DNA of 64,000 nucleotides from Methylotenera sp. (lineage in GTDB: Bacteria; Pseudomonadota; Gammaproteobacteria; Burkholderiales; Methylophilaceae): NCBI GenBank assembly GCA_013141495.1, contig JABFQV010000014.1, forward strand, positions 38,724-102,723, in the 5' to 3' direction. Every line of letters starts with the position of its first letter. The stretch's first letter is position 1. Of the stretch, positions 9,781 to 18,892 are shown piece by piece. The position numbers were made by a program, and so were the translations under genes. The notes under the pieces are model-generated. The model was not told the DNA's origin and ran no database searches. It saw only the letters and a program-made list of their open reading frames with translations.

Positions 9781-10655
9781 TACCAGTCTCCCGACGCGCC
9801 ACCGCCGCCAAATGATCCGCCACCACCGCCACTCCAGCCACCCGAGCGGCCACCACTGTGTCCACCACCAAAACCGCCACCGTAACCTGAGCTTGCAGAA
9901 CCCATCAACGTAAGAAAAAATGCCACAATGCCGAATAAAATGGCGGCTAAAACACCTCCGCCAAGCAACCAGGCCAACACACCAATCGCGCCGCCATTAA
10001 GCGCCCCGCCCATAAAGCTGCCAAAAATACTGCGGAGTATGCCACCTAACACCAAACCGCCAAAAAGCAGTAACGGCAGTAAATTTTCAAAGCTTTTAGC
10101 GCGCGTGCCAGATGAAGTTGGTACGGGCAACTGCTCTCCTGCTACCAAACCAATGAGCTTATCAACAGCGTTATCGATACCCCCATAAAAATCACCTTGC
10201 TTAAAATGAGGTTGTAAAATCTCGCTAATAATCCGCTTGGCGATTAAGTCTGGAATGGCACCTTCTAAGCCGCGACCCACTTCAATGCGCATTTTACGGT
10301 CATCTTTTGCTACTAACAGTAGCAATCCATCATCCGGTTTTTCGCGGCCCAGTTGCCAAACATCCGTGACACGAATGCTATATTGCTCAATTACCTCAGG
10401 CTGCGTCGTGGGGACAATCAACACCGCAATCTGGCTGCCTTTTTGTTGCTCAAAACTAGTCAATTTTGCTTCAAGCAGGTTTTGTTGCTCGGCTGTCAGC
10501 GTCTGTGTTAAATCGGTAACATGCGTTTTTAATACGGGAATCGGCACCAGCGCTGCACGCAGATTGCACGATGCAAATAACAGCATGGTACAAACTGCGA
10601 GTAAACCTGCTTTTATAGTGTAAGACACGCGAATAAAGGAATATAGATTAAACAA
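9780..10655 (-). CDS. TPM-domain (YgcG-like) membrane protein with Gly-rich tail
   Basis: Contains VTDLTQTLTAEQQNLLEAKL...GSQIAVLIVPT...MRIEVGRGLEG, then TM helices and a GGGFGGGHSGGRSGGWSGGGGGSFGGGGASG tail. The start codon is uncertain (TTG at 10655 or the internal ATG at 10586). Confidence 0.75.
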   Translation of the reverse strand: MFNLYSFIRVSYTIKAGLLAVCTMLLFASCNLRAALVPIPVLKTHVTDLTQTLTAEQQNLLEAKLTSFEQQKGSQIAVLIVPTTQPEVIEQYSIRVTDVWQLGREKPDDGLLLLVAKDDRKMRIEVGRGLEGAIPDLIAKRIISEILQPHFKQGDFYGGIDNAVDKLIGLVAGEQLPVPTSSGTRAKSFENLLPLLLFGGLVLGGILRSIFGSFMGGALNGGAIGVLAWLLGGGVLAAILFGIVAFFLTLMGSASSGYGGGFGGGHSGGRSGGWSGGGGGSFGGGGASGDW

Positions 10656-10675
10656 AGTCCGATTAAGCGCCAGGA

Positions 10676-11281
10676 TTATTTCTTGTCTTCAAAACTAACT
10701 GTTGGTGCGACTGAAATTGCTTTTTCATTCTCGACCGTGAATGATGGCTTGGTTTTATAGCCAAACATCATTGCCGTCAGGTTTTGAGGGAACGAACGCA
10801 CGGCAACGTTGTAATTTTTAATGGTTTCAATGTAACGGTTACGTGCCACGGTGATGCGGTTTTCCGTGCCCTCTAGCTGCGCTTGTAAATCTCTAAAGCC
10901 TTGATCTGCTTTTAAATTTGGGTAATTTTCTGCAATCGCCATTAAGCGTGATAATGCAGACGTCATCTGCCCTTGCGCCGCCTGAAATTTAGCAAAGGCT
11001 TCAGGGTCATTCAATAGCTCAGGGGTGACTTGTATGCTTCCCACTTTAGAGCGCGCATTAGATACCTCAGTCAGCACTTCTTTCTCATGCGCGGCGTAGC
11101 CTTTAACTACATTCACCAAATTAGGCACTAAATCAGCACGGCGCTGGTACTGATTAAGCACTTCAGACCAACTGGCTTTTGCTTCTTCATCGAGTGATTG
11201 AAACGTGTTGTAACCACAACCGGTTAAATTGAGTACTAACAACACCGCTAATAATTTTAAAAATATTTTTTGCATATTCAC
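10676..11281 (-). CDS. lemA: LemA family protein
   Basis: 201 aa with a lipoprotein-like signal (LNLTGC) and SQ..RR.DL.PNLV..VKGYA.HE...L..V..AR plus R..V.RN.YN..V..YN, typical of LemA. Confidence 0.85.
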   Translation of the reverse strand: MNMQKIFLKLLAVLLVLNLTGCGYNTFQSLDEEAKASWSEVLNQYQRRADLVPNLVNVVKGYAAHEKEVLTEVSNARSKVGSIQVTPELLNDPEAFAKFQAAQGQMTSALSRLMAIAENYPNLKADQGFRDLQAQLEGTENRITVARNRYIETIKNYNVAVRSFPQNLTAMMFGYKTKPSFTVENEKAISVAPTVSFEDKK

Positions 11282-11373
11282 TCCAGGTAATCAATGTATT
11301 TAGCACGCTATATGTTTTAAACATGGCGTCTGTTTTTTTTAATTCAATGCTGAAAGGACATTAAATATCACGA

Positions 11374-11952
11374 TTAGTGCGCAAGCACCAGACACAGGTC
11401 ATGCCATGCGCCAGCCTTATCGGTTGGTACTTTTAATAAATGCGCCACATCATAAGTCACCACCAATCGCGTGGCTTGCCATGCGTGAATAACACCACGC
11501 AAGTCTTTAAGCAGTGCAGCGCTAGCCAACAAATGCTGACCGACGCCCTCGCCCATCGCAATCACGCGTTTAGACTGCAACCTAGCAACCGCTTCGCTAA
11601 CATTAGCTGAAACCTGAGCCGGCATAACTTTAATCCGCAGTGCAATAAAAATGTTTTGCAGTAGCTGCACTTCATCTGCCGGCAATGACGTATCGGGCAA
11701 TACAAACAACCATTCGCCGTCTTCACTCGCAATATGCATAAACTGTGGCGGCGCTATAGGCACCGTTGCATCAACTTGCAGCTCTTCTGCATTTATCGCC
11801 AGATCTACTTTATCCGAATTTTCCTGCGTTAGCTTGGCTTGCACCACCTCTGCTTGAATCTGCATGATTTGCGCTGGCAAAGGCGTGCGCAATTGCCAAA
11901 CTGGCATTAGCTCCAATTCGCGAAGTACATCTTCACGCGTCATCATGCTCAT
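11374..11952 (-). CDS. hypothetical protein, possible DNA polymerase III psi (HolD)-like
   Basis: 192 aa with a 4-nt overlap with the rimI stop. The N-terminus REDVLRELELMPVWQLR and C-terminus VAHLLKVPTDKAGAWHDLC resemble E. coli HolD (RRDWQLQQLGITQWSLR ... LTDLRANPTARAALWQQIC) from memory. The similarity is weak. Confidence 0.4.
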   Translation of the reverse strand: MSMMTREDVLRELELMPVWQLRTPLPAQIMQIQAEVVQAKLTQENSDKVDLAINAEELQVDATVPIAPPQFMHIASEDGEWLFVLPDTSLPADEVQLLQNIFIALRIKVMPAQVSANVSEAVARLQSKRVIAMGEGVGQHLLASAALLKDLRGVIHAWQATRLVVTYDVAHLLKVPTDKAGAWHDLCLVLAH

Positions 11953-12410
11953 AACGCCAGCCCCATTAACACGGCATCTTCGCGCCCATTGTGCGCGGGA
12001 TAATAACCACGGCGTATCGCCATTTCATTAAAGCCGATATTTTCATATAAAGCGAGTGCAGAAATATTACTTGAACGTACTTCTAAAAACATATTGGCGG
12101 CTTTTAGCTTTTGAGCAGTCTGTATCATGTGTTCTAACAAATACCGTCCTAAGCCCTGTTTTTGATAGGCTTTGGCAATACTTAAATTGAGCAAATGCGC
12201 TTCATCCAGCACCATCATCATTAAGGAGTAACCGATGATTTTTTCATCATGCTCCAACACCTTGGCAATATGCTCAGATTTAAGCGAATCACTAAAATTA
12301 CCGCGCGTCCACGGGTGTGAGTAAATATGCGGCTCAATTTGCATGACGGCATCTAAGTCACCCGCAAGCATAGGACGAAATTGGTATTGAGGTTTGAGCA
12401 TCGCACTCAT
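11949..12410 (-). CDS. rimI: ribosomal-protein-alanine N-acetyltransferase
   Basis: 153 aa GNAT with HPW......F plus LLNLSIAKAYQKQGLGRYLLEHMI and LEVRSSN..A..LYE..GF......R..YY...GREDA..M, close to E. coli RimI. Confidence 0.88.
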   Translation of the reverse strand: MSAMLKPQYQFRPMLAGDLDAVMQIEPHIYSHPWTRGNFSDSLKSEHIAKVLEHDEKIIGYSLMMMVLDEAHLLNLSIAKAYQKQGLGRYLLEHMIQTAQKLKAANMFLEVRSSNISALALYENIGFNEMAIRRGYYPAHNGREDAVLMGLAL

Positions 12411-13096
12411 AACTTTAAGCCCAGCTCGCGTTCCGACGTTTTAAGCGCGACCCGATTACGGATATAAATAGGCATGGCCTCACTAGCGTCTTTAGCCTCT
12501 CCACTTGCAAATACAGGTTGTGCCAGCTTTAAAATAGCCTCTGCAGTAGGCAGCAATGCTGGCTGAACTACTTCCACTTGCCCGCTATAAGCCGCGCTTA
12601 AAATCTCAGAATATGTGTGCCAGCCACTGCCGGCACCCACCCAATCATCACCCTCAACCGCAGGCACCGTATCTGGTTTATACAAACCCGGCTCAATAAC
12701 GGTTTGCCAGCCAGCAAGGCTTTTAACATAAGCCGCATGATAAACCTCACCCATGCGCGCATCCAAACACGCCACAACTTTGGTCGCGCCACTGGCTTCT
12801 GCTAAGGCCATTAAAGTAGATACGGCCACCACAGGCAAACTCGCCCCCAAGCCCAAGCCCTGCGCCACGCCAGCGGCAATGCGCACCCCAGTAAAAGAAC
12901 CCGGCCCTGCACCAAAAGCAATGCCGTGCAAATCGTGCAACTGTAGCTCAGCCTTATTCAGCAAAGTTTGAATTTGCGGCAAGATGATTTGCGAATGGGT
13001 TTGCCCTGCTAAGGTATCGAATGTAAAAATAGCATCGCCTCGCATCAATGCAAGCGATAAGTATTCGGTAGAGGTATCAAAGGCTAATAAATTCAC
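12407..13096 (-). CDS. tsaB: tRNA threonylcarbamoyladenosine biosynthesis protein TsaB (YeaZ)
   Basis: 229 aa with LAFDTSTEYLSLAL, GPGSFTGVRIAAGVAQGL and a 4-nt overlap with rimI. GTG start. Confidence 0.88.
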   Translation of the reverse strand: MNLLAFDTSTEYLSLALMRGDAIFTFDTLAGQTHSQIILPQIQTLLNKAELQLHDLHGIAFGAGPGSFTGVRIAAGVAQGLGLGASLPVVAVSTLMALAEASGATKVVACLDARMGEVYHAAYVKSLAGWQTVIEPGLYKPDTVPAVEGDDWVGAGSGWHTYSEILSAAYSGQVEVVQPALLPTAEAILKLAQPVFASGEAKDASEAMPIYIRNRVALKTSERELGLKL

Positions 13097-13117
13097 TTGA
13101 GTTTTTTAATGCCAAAA

Positions 13118-13525
13118 TTATTCAGACGCTATTTTGCCACGCAAATGCTTTATCTGCCCACGAATTGTCTTGCCTTCTAAGCGCCGTTGTTTAGAGCCAT
13201 AACTCGGGCGCGTCGCGTAACGCGTCGGTTTAACCTGATTCGCAGCATTCACAATTTCATGTAACCGCTTAATCGCATCTTTTTTATTCGCCTCTTGCGT
13301 ACGGTATTGTTGCGCCTTCAACACCAGCACACCTTCATCGGTAATACGGCTATCTTTTAAATGTAGCAATCTTTCTTTAAGCCAATCACTTAAAGACGAA
13401 GCTTTAATGTCAAAACGCAAATGGATTGCGCTCGATACTTTATTCACATTTTGCCCACCCGCACCTTGGGCGCGGATAGCGGTGAGTTCGTATTCAGTGT
13501 CGGGAATGAGAATCAGAGACATCAT
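13118..13525 (-). CDS. arfB: alternative ribosome-rescue factor ArfB (YaeJ), peptidyl-tRNA hydrolase
   Basis: 135 aa with the GGQ motif in ITAIRAQGAGGQNVNKVSSAIHLRFDI and a basic C-terminal tail, near-collinear with E. coli ArfB. Confidence 0.9.
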   Translation of the reverse strand: MMSLILIPDTEYELTAIRAQGAGGQNVNKVSSAIHLRFDIKASSLSDWLKERLLHLKDSRITDEGVLVLKAQQYRTQEANKKDAIKRLHEIVNAANQVKPTRYATRPSYGSKQRRLEGKTIRGQIKHLRGKIASE

Positions 13526-13726
13526 CTATGTAATTAAAATTTAAACGCGTCAATAAGGCTATATTTTGACAGCAAATCTACTACTAGTTAGCAATCTTTT
13601 GTCACGGACAGATTTTACCATCCCACACCAGTTAGCTTTCTAACCTACATTTAGTAACAATTTGAATGTCATCGGATCATGATTCACCACGTTAATCACT
13701 CACAACCATCGAACAAGGACTTAAAT

Positions 13727-14167
13727 ATGAAACGTTTTTTTATTGCAACTACACTCGCGCTTGCAACGGTTACCTCCACAGCAATGGCTGCCGACGTAGG
13801 AGTTTCTGTAAGTGTTGGACAACCAGGCTTCTATGGTCGAATCGACATCGGCGACTATCCTTATCCGCAACCGAGAGTCATTTACCGTCAACCACGCGTA
13901 ATTGAACGGGTAGTGATTGAGCGCGAACCAATCTATTTACGAGCACCATTGGCGCATCGACAAAACTGGAGCAGACATTGCCATCAGTACAGGGCTTGTG
14001 GTGAGCGCGTTTATTTTGTAAGAGACGACTGGTATCGCCATGACTTTGCACCACATTATATTGAGAGGCATCGCGATAGTCGAAGTGATTATCATCATGA
14101 TCGTAACCGTAGCCACCGCAATCAGCGAAACGATCATGGTAAAAGAGGGCATGACAATCACCGTTAG
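13727..14167 (+). CDS. hypothetical secreted His/Arg-rich protein
   Basis: Start at MKRFFIATTLALATVTSTAMA (signal peptide). Internal repeats QPRVIYRQPRVIERVVIEREPIY, and a tail of RHRDSRSDYHHDRNRSHRNQRNDHGKRGHDNHR. Confidence 0.6.
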   Translation: MKRFFIATTLALATVTSTAMAADVGVSVSVGQPGFYGRIDIGDYPYPQPRVIYRQPRVIERVVIEREPIYLRAPLAHRQNWSRHCHQYRACGERVYFVRDDWYRHDFAPHYIERHRDSRSDYHHDRNRSHRNQRNDHGKRGHDNHR

Positions 14168-14269
14168 TATGAGGTGATGACATTAGCGCTGGTCGGATTA
14201 GCTCAAATCATCCGACCCAGCCCTTGCCCATAGTTTTGGCACTAAAAACGCTTCGCGCCTCATCAAAAT

Positions 14270-16234
14270 TCACTTTTCAAAAAATGCCTGCACTTCTGCC
14301 AAATCACGCGTGCGCTTAAACGGTGGCAAGCTCTGCCAAATTCTTTTGCCGTATGACTTTGTAATCAAACGCGGGTCACAAATCATCAATACGCCTCTAT
14401 CGTTCTCATCACGAATCAGCCGCCCTGCGCCTTGCTTTAGGGTAATCACTGAATACGGTAGTTGATACTCCATAAACGCATTTTTACCTTCGGCGTTGAG
14501 TTTATCCACTCGGGCAGATAATACTGGGTCATCTGGTGGCGCAAATGGCAGTTTGTCTATAATCACCACACTCAACGCTTCGCCGCGCACATCCACGCCT
14601 TCCCAAAAACTTTGACTACCGACCAGTACCGCATTACCCAGCTTTCTAAAACGTTCTAACAATTCAGTGCGTGAGCTGTCGCCTTGTAATAACAGCGGAC
14701 TTTCTATGCCGTTTTCTGCAAAGGCCTCTTTTAATAAAGCATGAATCTCGCGCATCGCGCGCAAGCTGGTTGAAAGCATGAAAGCTCTGCCACCGCTCGC
14801 CTGCAGCACCGGCAATGCGGCAGCCACCACACACGTGGTATAAGATGGGCTATTTGGGTCGGGCATGTCAGGTGGCACATAAAACAATGCCTGCTCCTGA
14901 TAATTAAACGGGCTTTGCCATGATGCGGTAGTTGCAGCAGTTAAGCCCATTTGCGCTAAATAATGGCTGAAGTCATTTTTTACCGCGAGGGTGGCTGAGG
15001 TAAATATCCAGGCGCGTGGTTGCGCATTGAGCTGTTTGCCAAAGCCTTCAGCCACACTGAGTGGTGTGGCATGTAGCTGTACAGACTGGGTAAAGACTTC
15101 TACCCAGCGTACCAGATTATTATTTTCGGCAGATTGCCAGCGACTTAGCAAATCATGTAGCGCCATGCTGCGTTGCCAACATTTTTCTAGCAAGGGGTCA
15201 CGTGCGGCTTGTGTTTCTAACGCCTTTGCTAACGCTTGCAATTGGCTTTGCATGTGGTCAAATGCGTCTTGAAACCCCTTTAAAGCCAATGCTTTTAGCA
15301 CCGGCATGCGCGAGCCTTCATAGGCAAAAATTAACCTGAAATCTTTACAGGCTTTTTCTAGCACCGGAATCGCCTCACCTAATGCCACGCAATCTTTGGC
15401 AAAGCTTAAATGTGCGGCGGTGCAATCTCGTACTAATTCTATCAATTGGCTCGTTGAAACATCTTCACCAAAAAACAAGCCTGCAACTTCTGGCAATTGA
15501 TGCGCTTCATCAAAAATAACCGTGTTAGCACTGGGTAGCAGCTCGGCTACGCCTTCATCGCGCAACATCACATCGGCAAAAAACAGATGATGATTCACTA
15601 CCACCACATCTGCTGCCAGCGCCTGTTTACGCGCTTCCATCACAAAACATTCTTTATAAAAACTACAATCGCCACCCAGGCAATTATCACGGGTTGAGGT
15701 CACGTTTGCCCAAATAGTGGCGTTTTCCGGCACTGTGTTGAGTTCGCTTTTATCGCCAGTTTTACTATTTTCGGCAAAATTCTTAATGATATGCACAAAT
15801 TGCGCGTCATCACGCGAGGCAAACCGACCTTCATTGGCAGCACGCTCTAAATGATAATGGCACACATAGTTGGAGCGGCCTTTCAACATGGCCACCGTCA
15901 CCGGCACTTTGAGCGCCTCTCTTATATTGGGCAAATCACGCGTGTAAAGCTGGTCCTGTAAATTTTTTGTACCCGTAGAGATAATCACCTTGCCACCGGT
16001 CAAGAGCGCGGGGACTAAATAAGCAAAAGTCTTACCAGTGCCGGTACCCGCTTCGGCCACCAGTTGCGTGTTATGCTCAATAGCATCAGCAATCGCTAGT
16101 GCCATTTCCAACTGCTGGGTACGTGCATGATAGCCAGCAATATGCGTCGCTAAAATACCGTTTTCCCCAAACACTTGATGAATAGCTGGATATTCGACAG
16201 GATTATTGGCTTGATTATTTATTGGTTCACTCAT
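14270..16234 (-). CDS. dinG: ATP-dependent DNA helicase, DinG/YoaA (XPD/Rad3-like Fe-S) family
   Basis: 654 aa with Walker A AEAGTGTGKT, DEAH box FDEAHQL, a Cys cluster (YVCHYH...CLGGDCSFYKEC) and the C-terminal motif QGAGRLIR. Confidence 0.85.
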   Translation of the reverse strand: MSEPINNQANNPVEYPAIHQVFGENGILATHIAGYHARTQQLEMALAIADAIEHNTQLVAEAGTGTGKTFAYLVPALLTGGKVIISTGTKNLQDQLYTRDLPNIREALKVPVTVAMLKGRSNYVCHYHLERAANEGRFASRDDAQFVHIIKNFAENSKTGDKSELNTVPENATIWANVTSTRDNCLGGDCSFYKECFVMEARKQALAADVVVVNHHLFFADVMLRDEGVAELLPSANTVIFDEAHQLPEVAGLFFGEDVSTSQLIELVRDCTAAHLSFAKDCVALGEAIPVLEKACKDFRLIFAYEGSRMPVLKALALKGFQDAFDHMQSQLQALAKALETQAARDPLLEKCWQRSMALHDLLSRWQSAENNNLVRWVEVFTQSVQLHATPLSVAEGFGKQLNAQPRAWIFTSATLAVKNDFSHYLAQMGLTAATTASWQSPFNYQEQALFYVPPDMPDPNSPSYTTCVVAAALPVLQASGGRAFMLSTSLRAMREIHALLKEAFAENGIESPLLLQGDSSRTELLERFRKLGNAVLVGSQSFWEGVDVRGEALSVVIIDKLPFAPPDDPVLSARVDKLNAEGKNAFMEYQLPYSVITLKQGAGRLIRDENDRGVLMICDPRLITKSYGKRIWQSLPPFKRTRDLAEVQAFFEK

Positions 16235-16308
16235 AAGCGTTAGATTATCCCACGACTTTTATTTAACGATTTTGCAATTTCAACTTAATTTCATATAATC
16301 AGGCACAC

Positions 16309-16860
16309 ATGAATTTAATAAAAACTCAATATTTGCTTTGTATCTTACTGGCTTTAGCCAGCGCATCCTGCGCCGCCATTGAGCCTGCGCCTGAAAACAC
16401 ACTCGCACAAACTGACATTTCGATACAAACGCCATTGAATGCAGAAGCTGACGAACACTGGCCGGAACGTGCGCGCGAGGTTTTAGTCAACGCGTTAAGT
16501 TTAACGGGCATTCGTTACAAATATGGTGGCAATTCACCGGAAACAGGTTTTGATTGCAGTGGCTTTGTGCGTTATGTGTATCAGCAAACCGCTAATTTAA
16601 CATTGCCACACAGTGCGCGAGCCATTAGCCAACTAGGCAATTCCGTTCATAAAAATGAGTTAAAACCCGGTGATTTAGTATTTTTTAATACGCTAAAATC
16701 TGCGTTTTCTCACGTAGGTATTTACTTAGGGAACAATCGCTTCATCCACGCCCCCAGTAGCGGCGGTGGCGTACGCGTAGAAGACATGCAAACCAGCTAT
16801 TGGGCAAAACGTTTTAATGGCGCGCAGCGCATAGACTCAACCAAGACGCCACAACGCTAG
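16309..16860 (+). CDS. NlpC/P60 (C40) family peptidoglycan endopeptidase
   Basis: Signal peptide or lipobox (LALASASC), catalytic Cys in GFDCSGFVRYVY and His in FSHVGIYLGNNRFIHAP. Confidence 0.85.
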   Translation: MNLIKTQYLLCILLALASASCAAIEPAPENTLAQTDISIQTPLNAEADEHWPERAREVLVNALSLTGIRYKYGGNSPETGFDCSGFVRYVYQQTANLTLPHSARAISQLGNSVHKNELKPGDLVFFNTLKSAFSHVGIYLGNNRFIHAPSSGGGVRVEDMQTSYWAKRFNGAQRIDSTKTPQR

Positions 16861-16876
16861 CCTGACTTAATCAATG

Positions 16877-17161
16877 CTAAGTTTTGGGTCTGTCACTATG
16901 TCCAAGATCACGATCTGGGTCGATAGAATCACGCACTAACTGCTTCACTTCTTTAGCTTCAGGAAACCGCCCCGCTACTTTGCGTGAAAAAATCAACTGC
17001 TGATTCAGCGTAATATCAAAAACACCGCCACTGCCGGGCTTTAAAGCCACACTGGTTAAGTCTTGCTCAAAAGTGGTGAGTAGCTCTTGCGCTAACCAAG
17101 CTGCGCGTAAAAGCCAACGGCATTGGGTACAGTAAGTAATTTCAACGATATTTTGACTCAA
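16877..17161 (-). CDS. SelW/SelT/Rdx family CxxC redox protein
   Basis: 94 aa with ITYCTQCRWLLRAAWLAQELL, characteristic of the Rdx family. TTG start. Confidence 0.7.
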   Translation of the reverse strand: MSQNIVEITYCTQCRWLLRAAWLAQELLTTFEQDLTSVALKPGSGGVFDITLNQQLIFSRKVAGRFPEAKEVKQLVRDSIDPDRDLGHSDRPKT

Positions 17162-17317
17162 TTTGTATGTCCTGACAGATATGGTTTAATATGCGCAATA
17201 GTGAGTAGTAATGGTGAATAAATATTGCTTAGGTTTGCAACTAAATGATAGCAATGAACTCTTATATCAGGCTAAACTTAAATCTACCTGAATAAGCAAT
17301 CTACGTGGGAATAATAC

Positions 17318-18775
17318 ATGCAAGTACAGAATAAAAATCATCGTTTTACCAAAATCAGCTTGGTAGGCTCCGGTCTGTTGCTGGGACTCATGCTGAGCTT
17401 AACTTATTCTGCCGTTGCAGAAAAAATGACCAAGCCACAATTACCGCTAGATGACCTGCGTGCATTTGCAGAGGTATTCGGTAAAATTAAAACTGATTAT
17501 GTTGAGTCGGTAGAAGACAAAAAACTGATTTCTGAAGCCATCAGCGGCATGCTAACCGGCTTGGATCCACATTCTACTTACATGGATGCCGACGCATTCA
17601 AAGACATGCAGGCTTCTACGCAGGGCGAGTTTGGTGGTTTGGGCATTGAAGTGGGCATGGAAGACGGCTTGGTAAAAGTGGTTTCACCGATTGAAGACTC
17701 CCCAGCCTATGAGGCTGGCTTAAAAAGTGGCGACCTCATTGTTAAACTTGATGACACTCCGGTTAAAGGCATGTCGTTAAACGATGCCGTAAAACGTATG
17801 CGTGGCAAGCCAGACACAAAAATCGAATTAACCATTATTCGTAAAACTGAAGACAAACCACTTAAATTCACGCTTACCCGCGCTATTATTAAAACCAAGA
17901 GTGTGAAATACAAACTCACAGAGCCTGGTTATGCCTATGTGCGCGTTACGCAGTTTCAGGAGCGCACTGGTGAGGACCTCGCAAAAGCTATTAAAACCAT
18001 GCATGATGAAAACAAAGGCCCTTTCAAAGGCTTCGTGTTAGATCTGCGTAATGACCCAGGTGGGTTGCTCAACGGCGCAGTCGGTGTGGCAGCAGCATTT
18101 TTACCTAAGGGTGAGCTGGTGGTTTACACAGAAGGTCGTGCGCCCGACTCTAAAATGCAACTCACCGCCGTGCCAGAAAATTACGTTCGTGGTGGTGCCG
18201 CGAATGACTACATTCGCGATTTACCTGCCGAAATGAAAACCGTACCGATGGCAGTACTCATCAATAGCGGGTCTGCCTCAGCCTCTGAAATTGTAGCGGG
18301 CGCATTGCAAGACCACAAACGCGCTGCGGTTTTAGGCACGCAAAGTTTTGGCAAGGGCTCTGTACAAACCATTATGCCAATGAATAACGGCGCGGCAATA
18401 AAGCTTACCACAGCACGTTATTTCACACCAAAAGGTCGCTCAATTCAAGCCAAAGGCATTGTTCCAGACTACATTGTAGAAGATGGCACAGATCAATCGA
18501 ATAACATTCATGAGGCTGATTTAACACGTCACTTATCTAACCCTAAGGATGCAACTGCAAATGTGCCGGCAAAACCTGCCAGTGCAACTAACGGTGCAAA
18601 AGATGCCGCCAAAGAAAAATTGAACGAGAAAAAATTTGCCGAGCCAAAAGCGCCTATTGAACCTGCAAGCAAAGATGACATTCAGTTCATGCAAGCGATG
18701 AACTTGCTCAAAGGGTTGCCTGTGGTTCAATCTGAAGCGCCTAAAGTTAAAACTGAGGCTGAAAAAACCAACTAG
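17318..18775 (+). CDS. carboxy-terminal processing (S41) protease
   Basis: 485 aa with an N-terminal anchor, a PDZ region (GLGIEVG...SPAYEAGLKSGDLIVKLD), LDLRNDPGGLL, the catalytic GSASASEI and FGKGSVQ. Confidence 0.9.
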   Translation: MQVQNKNHRFTKISLVGSGLLLGLMLSLTYSAVAEKMTKPQLPLDDLRAFAEVFGKIKTDYVESVEDKKLISEAISGMLTGLDPHSTYMDADAFKDMQASTQGEFGGLGIEVGMEDGLVKVVSPIEDSPAYEAGLKSGDLIVKLDDTPVKGMSLNDAVKRMRGKPDTKIELTIIRKTEDKPLKFTLTRAIIKTKSVKYKLTEPGYAYVRVTQFQERTGEDLAKAIKTMHDENKGPFKGFVLDLRNDPGGLLNGAVGVAAAFLPKGELVVYTEGRAPDSKMQLTAVPENYVRGGAANDYIRDLPAEMKTVPMAVLINSGSASASEIVAGALQDHKRAAVLGTQSFGKGSVQTIMPMNNGAAIKLTTARYFTPKGRSIQAKGIVPDYIVEDGTDQSNNIHEADLTRHLSNPKDATANVPAKPASATNGAKDAAKEKLNEKKFAEPKAPIEPASKDDIQFMQAMNLLKGLPVVQSEAPKVKTEAEKTN

Positions 18776-18791
18776 GCTTTAATTAGCTCCT

Positions 18792-18822
18792 AAAGCCGCC
18801 TTGAACCAAGGCGGCTTTTTTT
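18792..18822 (+). terminator. rho-independent terminator
   Basis: GCCGCCTTG-aac-CAAGGCGGC followed by TTTTTTT. Confidence 0.8.
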
Positions 18823-18892
18823 ATGACTTTAACAGCATCTCTATTTAGCCAACTTTCAGCCATTGAAATGATTGAACCGTTATAATCACACT

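Noticed and set aside
9780-9900. GGTGG/GCCACC-rich tandem-looking repeats
   Set aside because: This is not a CRISPR or satellite. It encodes the Gly-rich C-terminal tail typical of YgcG-type TPM proteins. The GGM repeats at 34680-34724 are likewise the normal GroEL tail.
13878-14183. Two minus-strand His/Asp-rich ORFs (101 and 74 aa) opposite the His/Arg-rich gene
   Set aside because: These are mirror-image artefacts of the CAT/CGT/GAT-rich coding strand. The plus-strand frame has a signal peptide and a sensible start.
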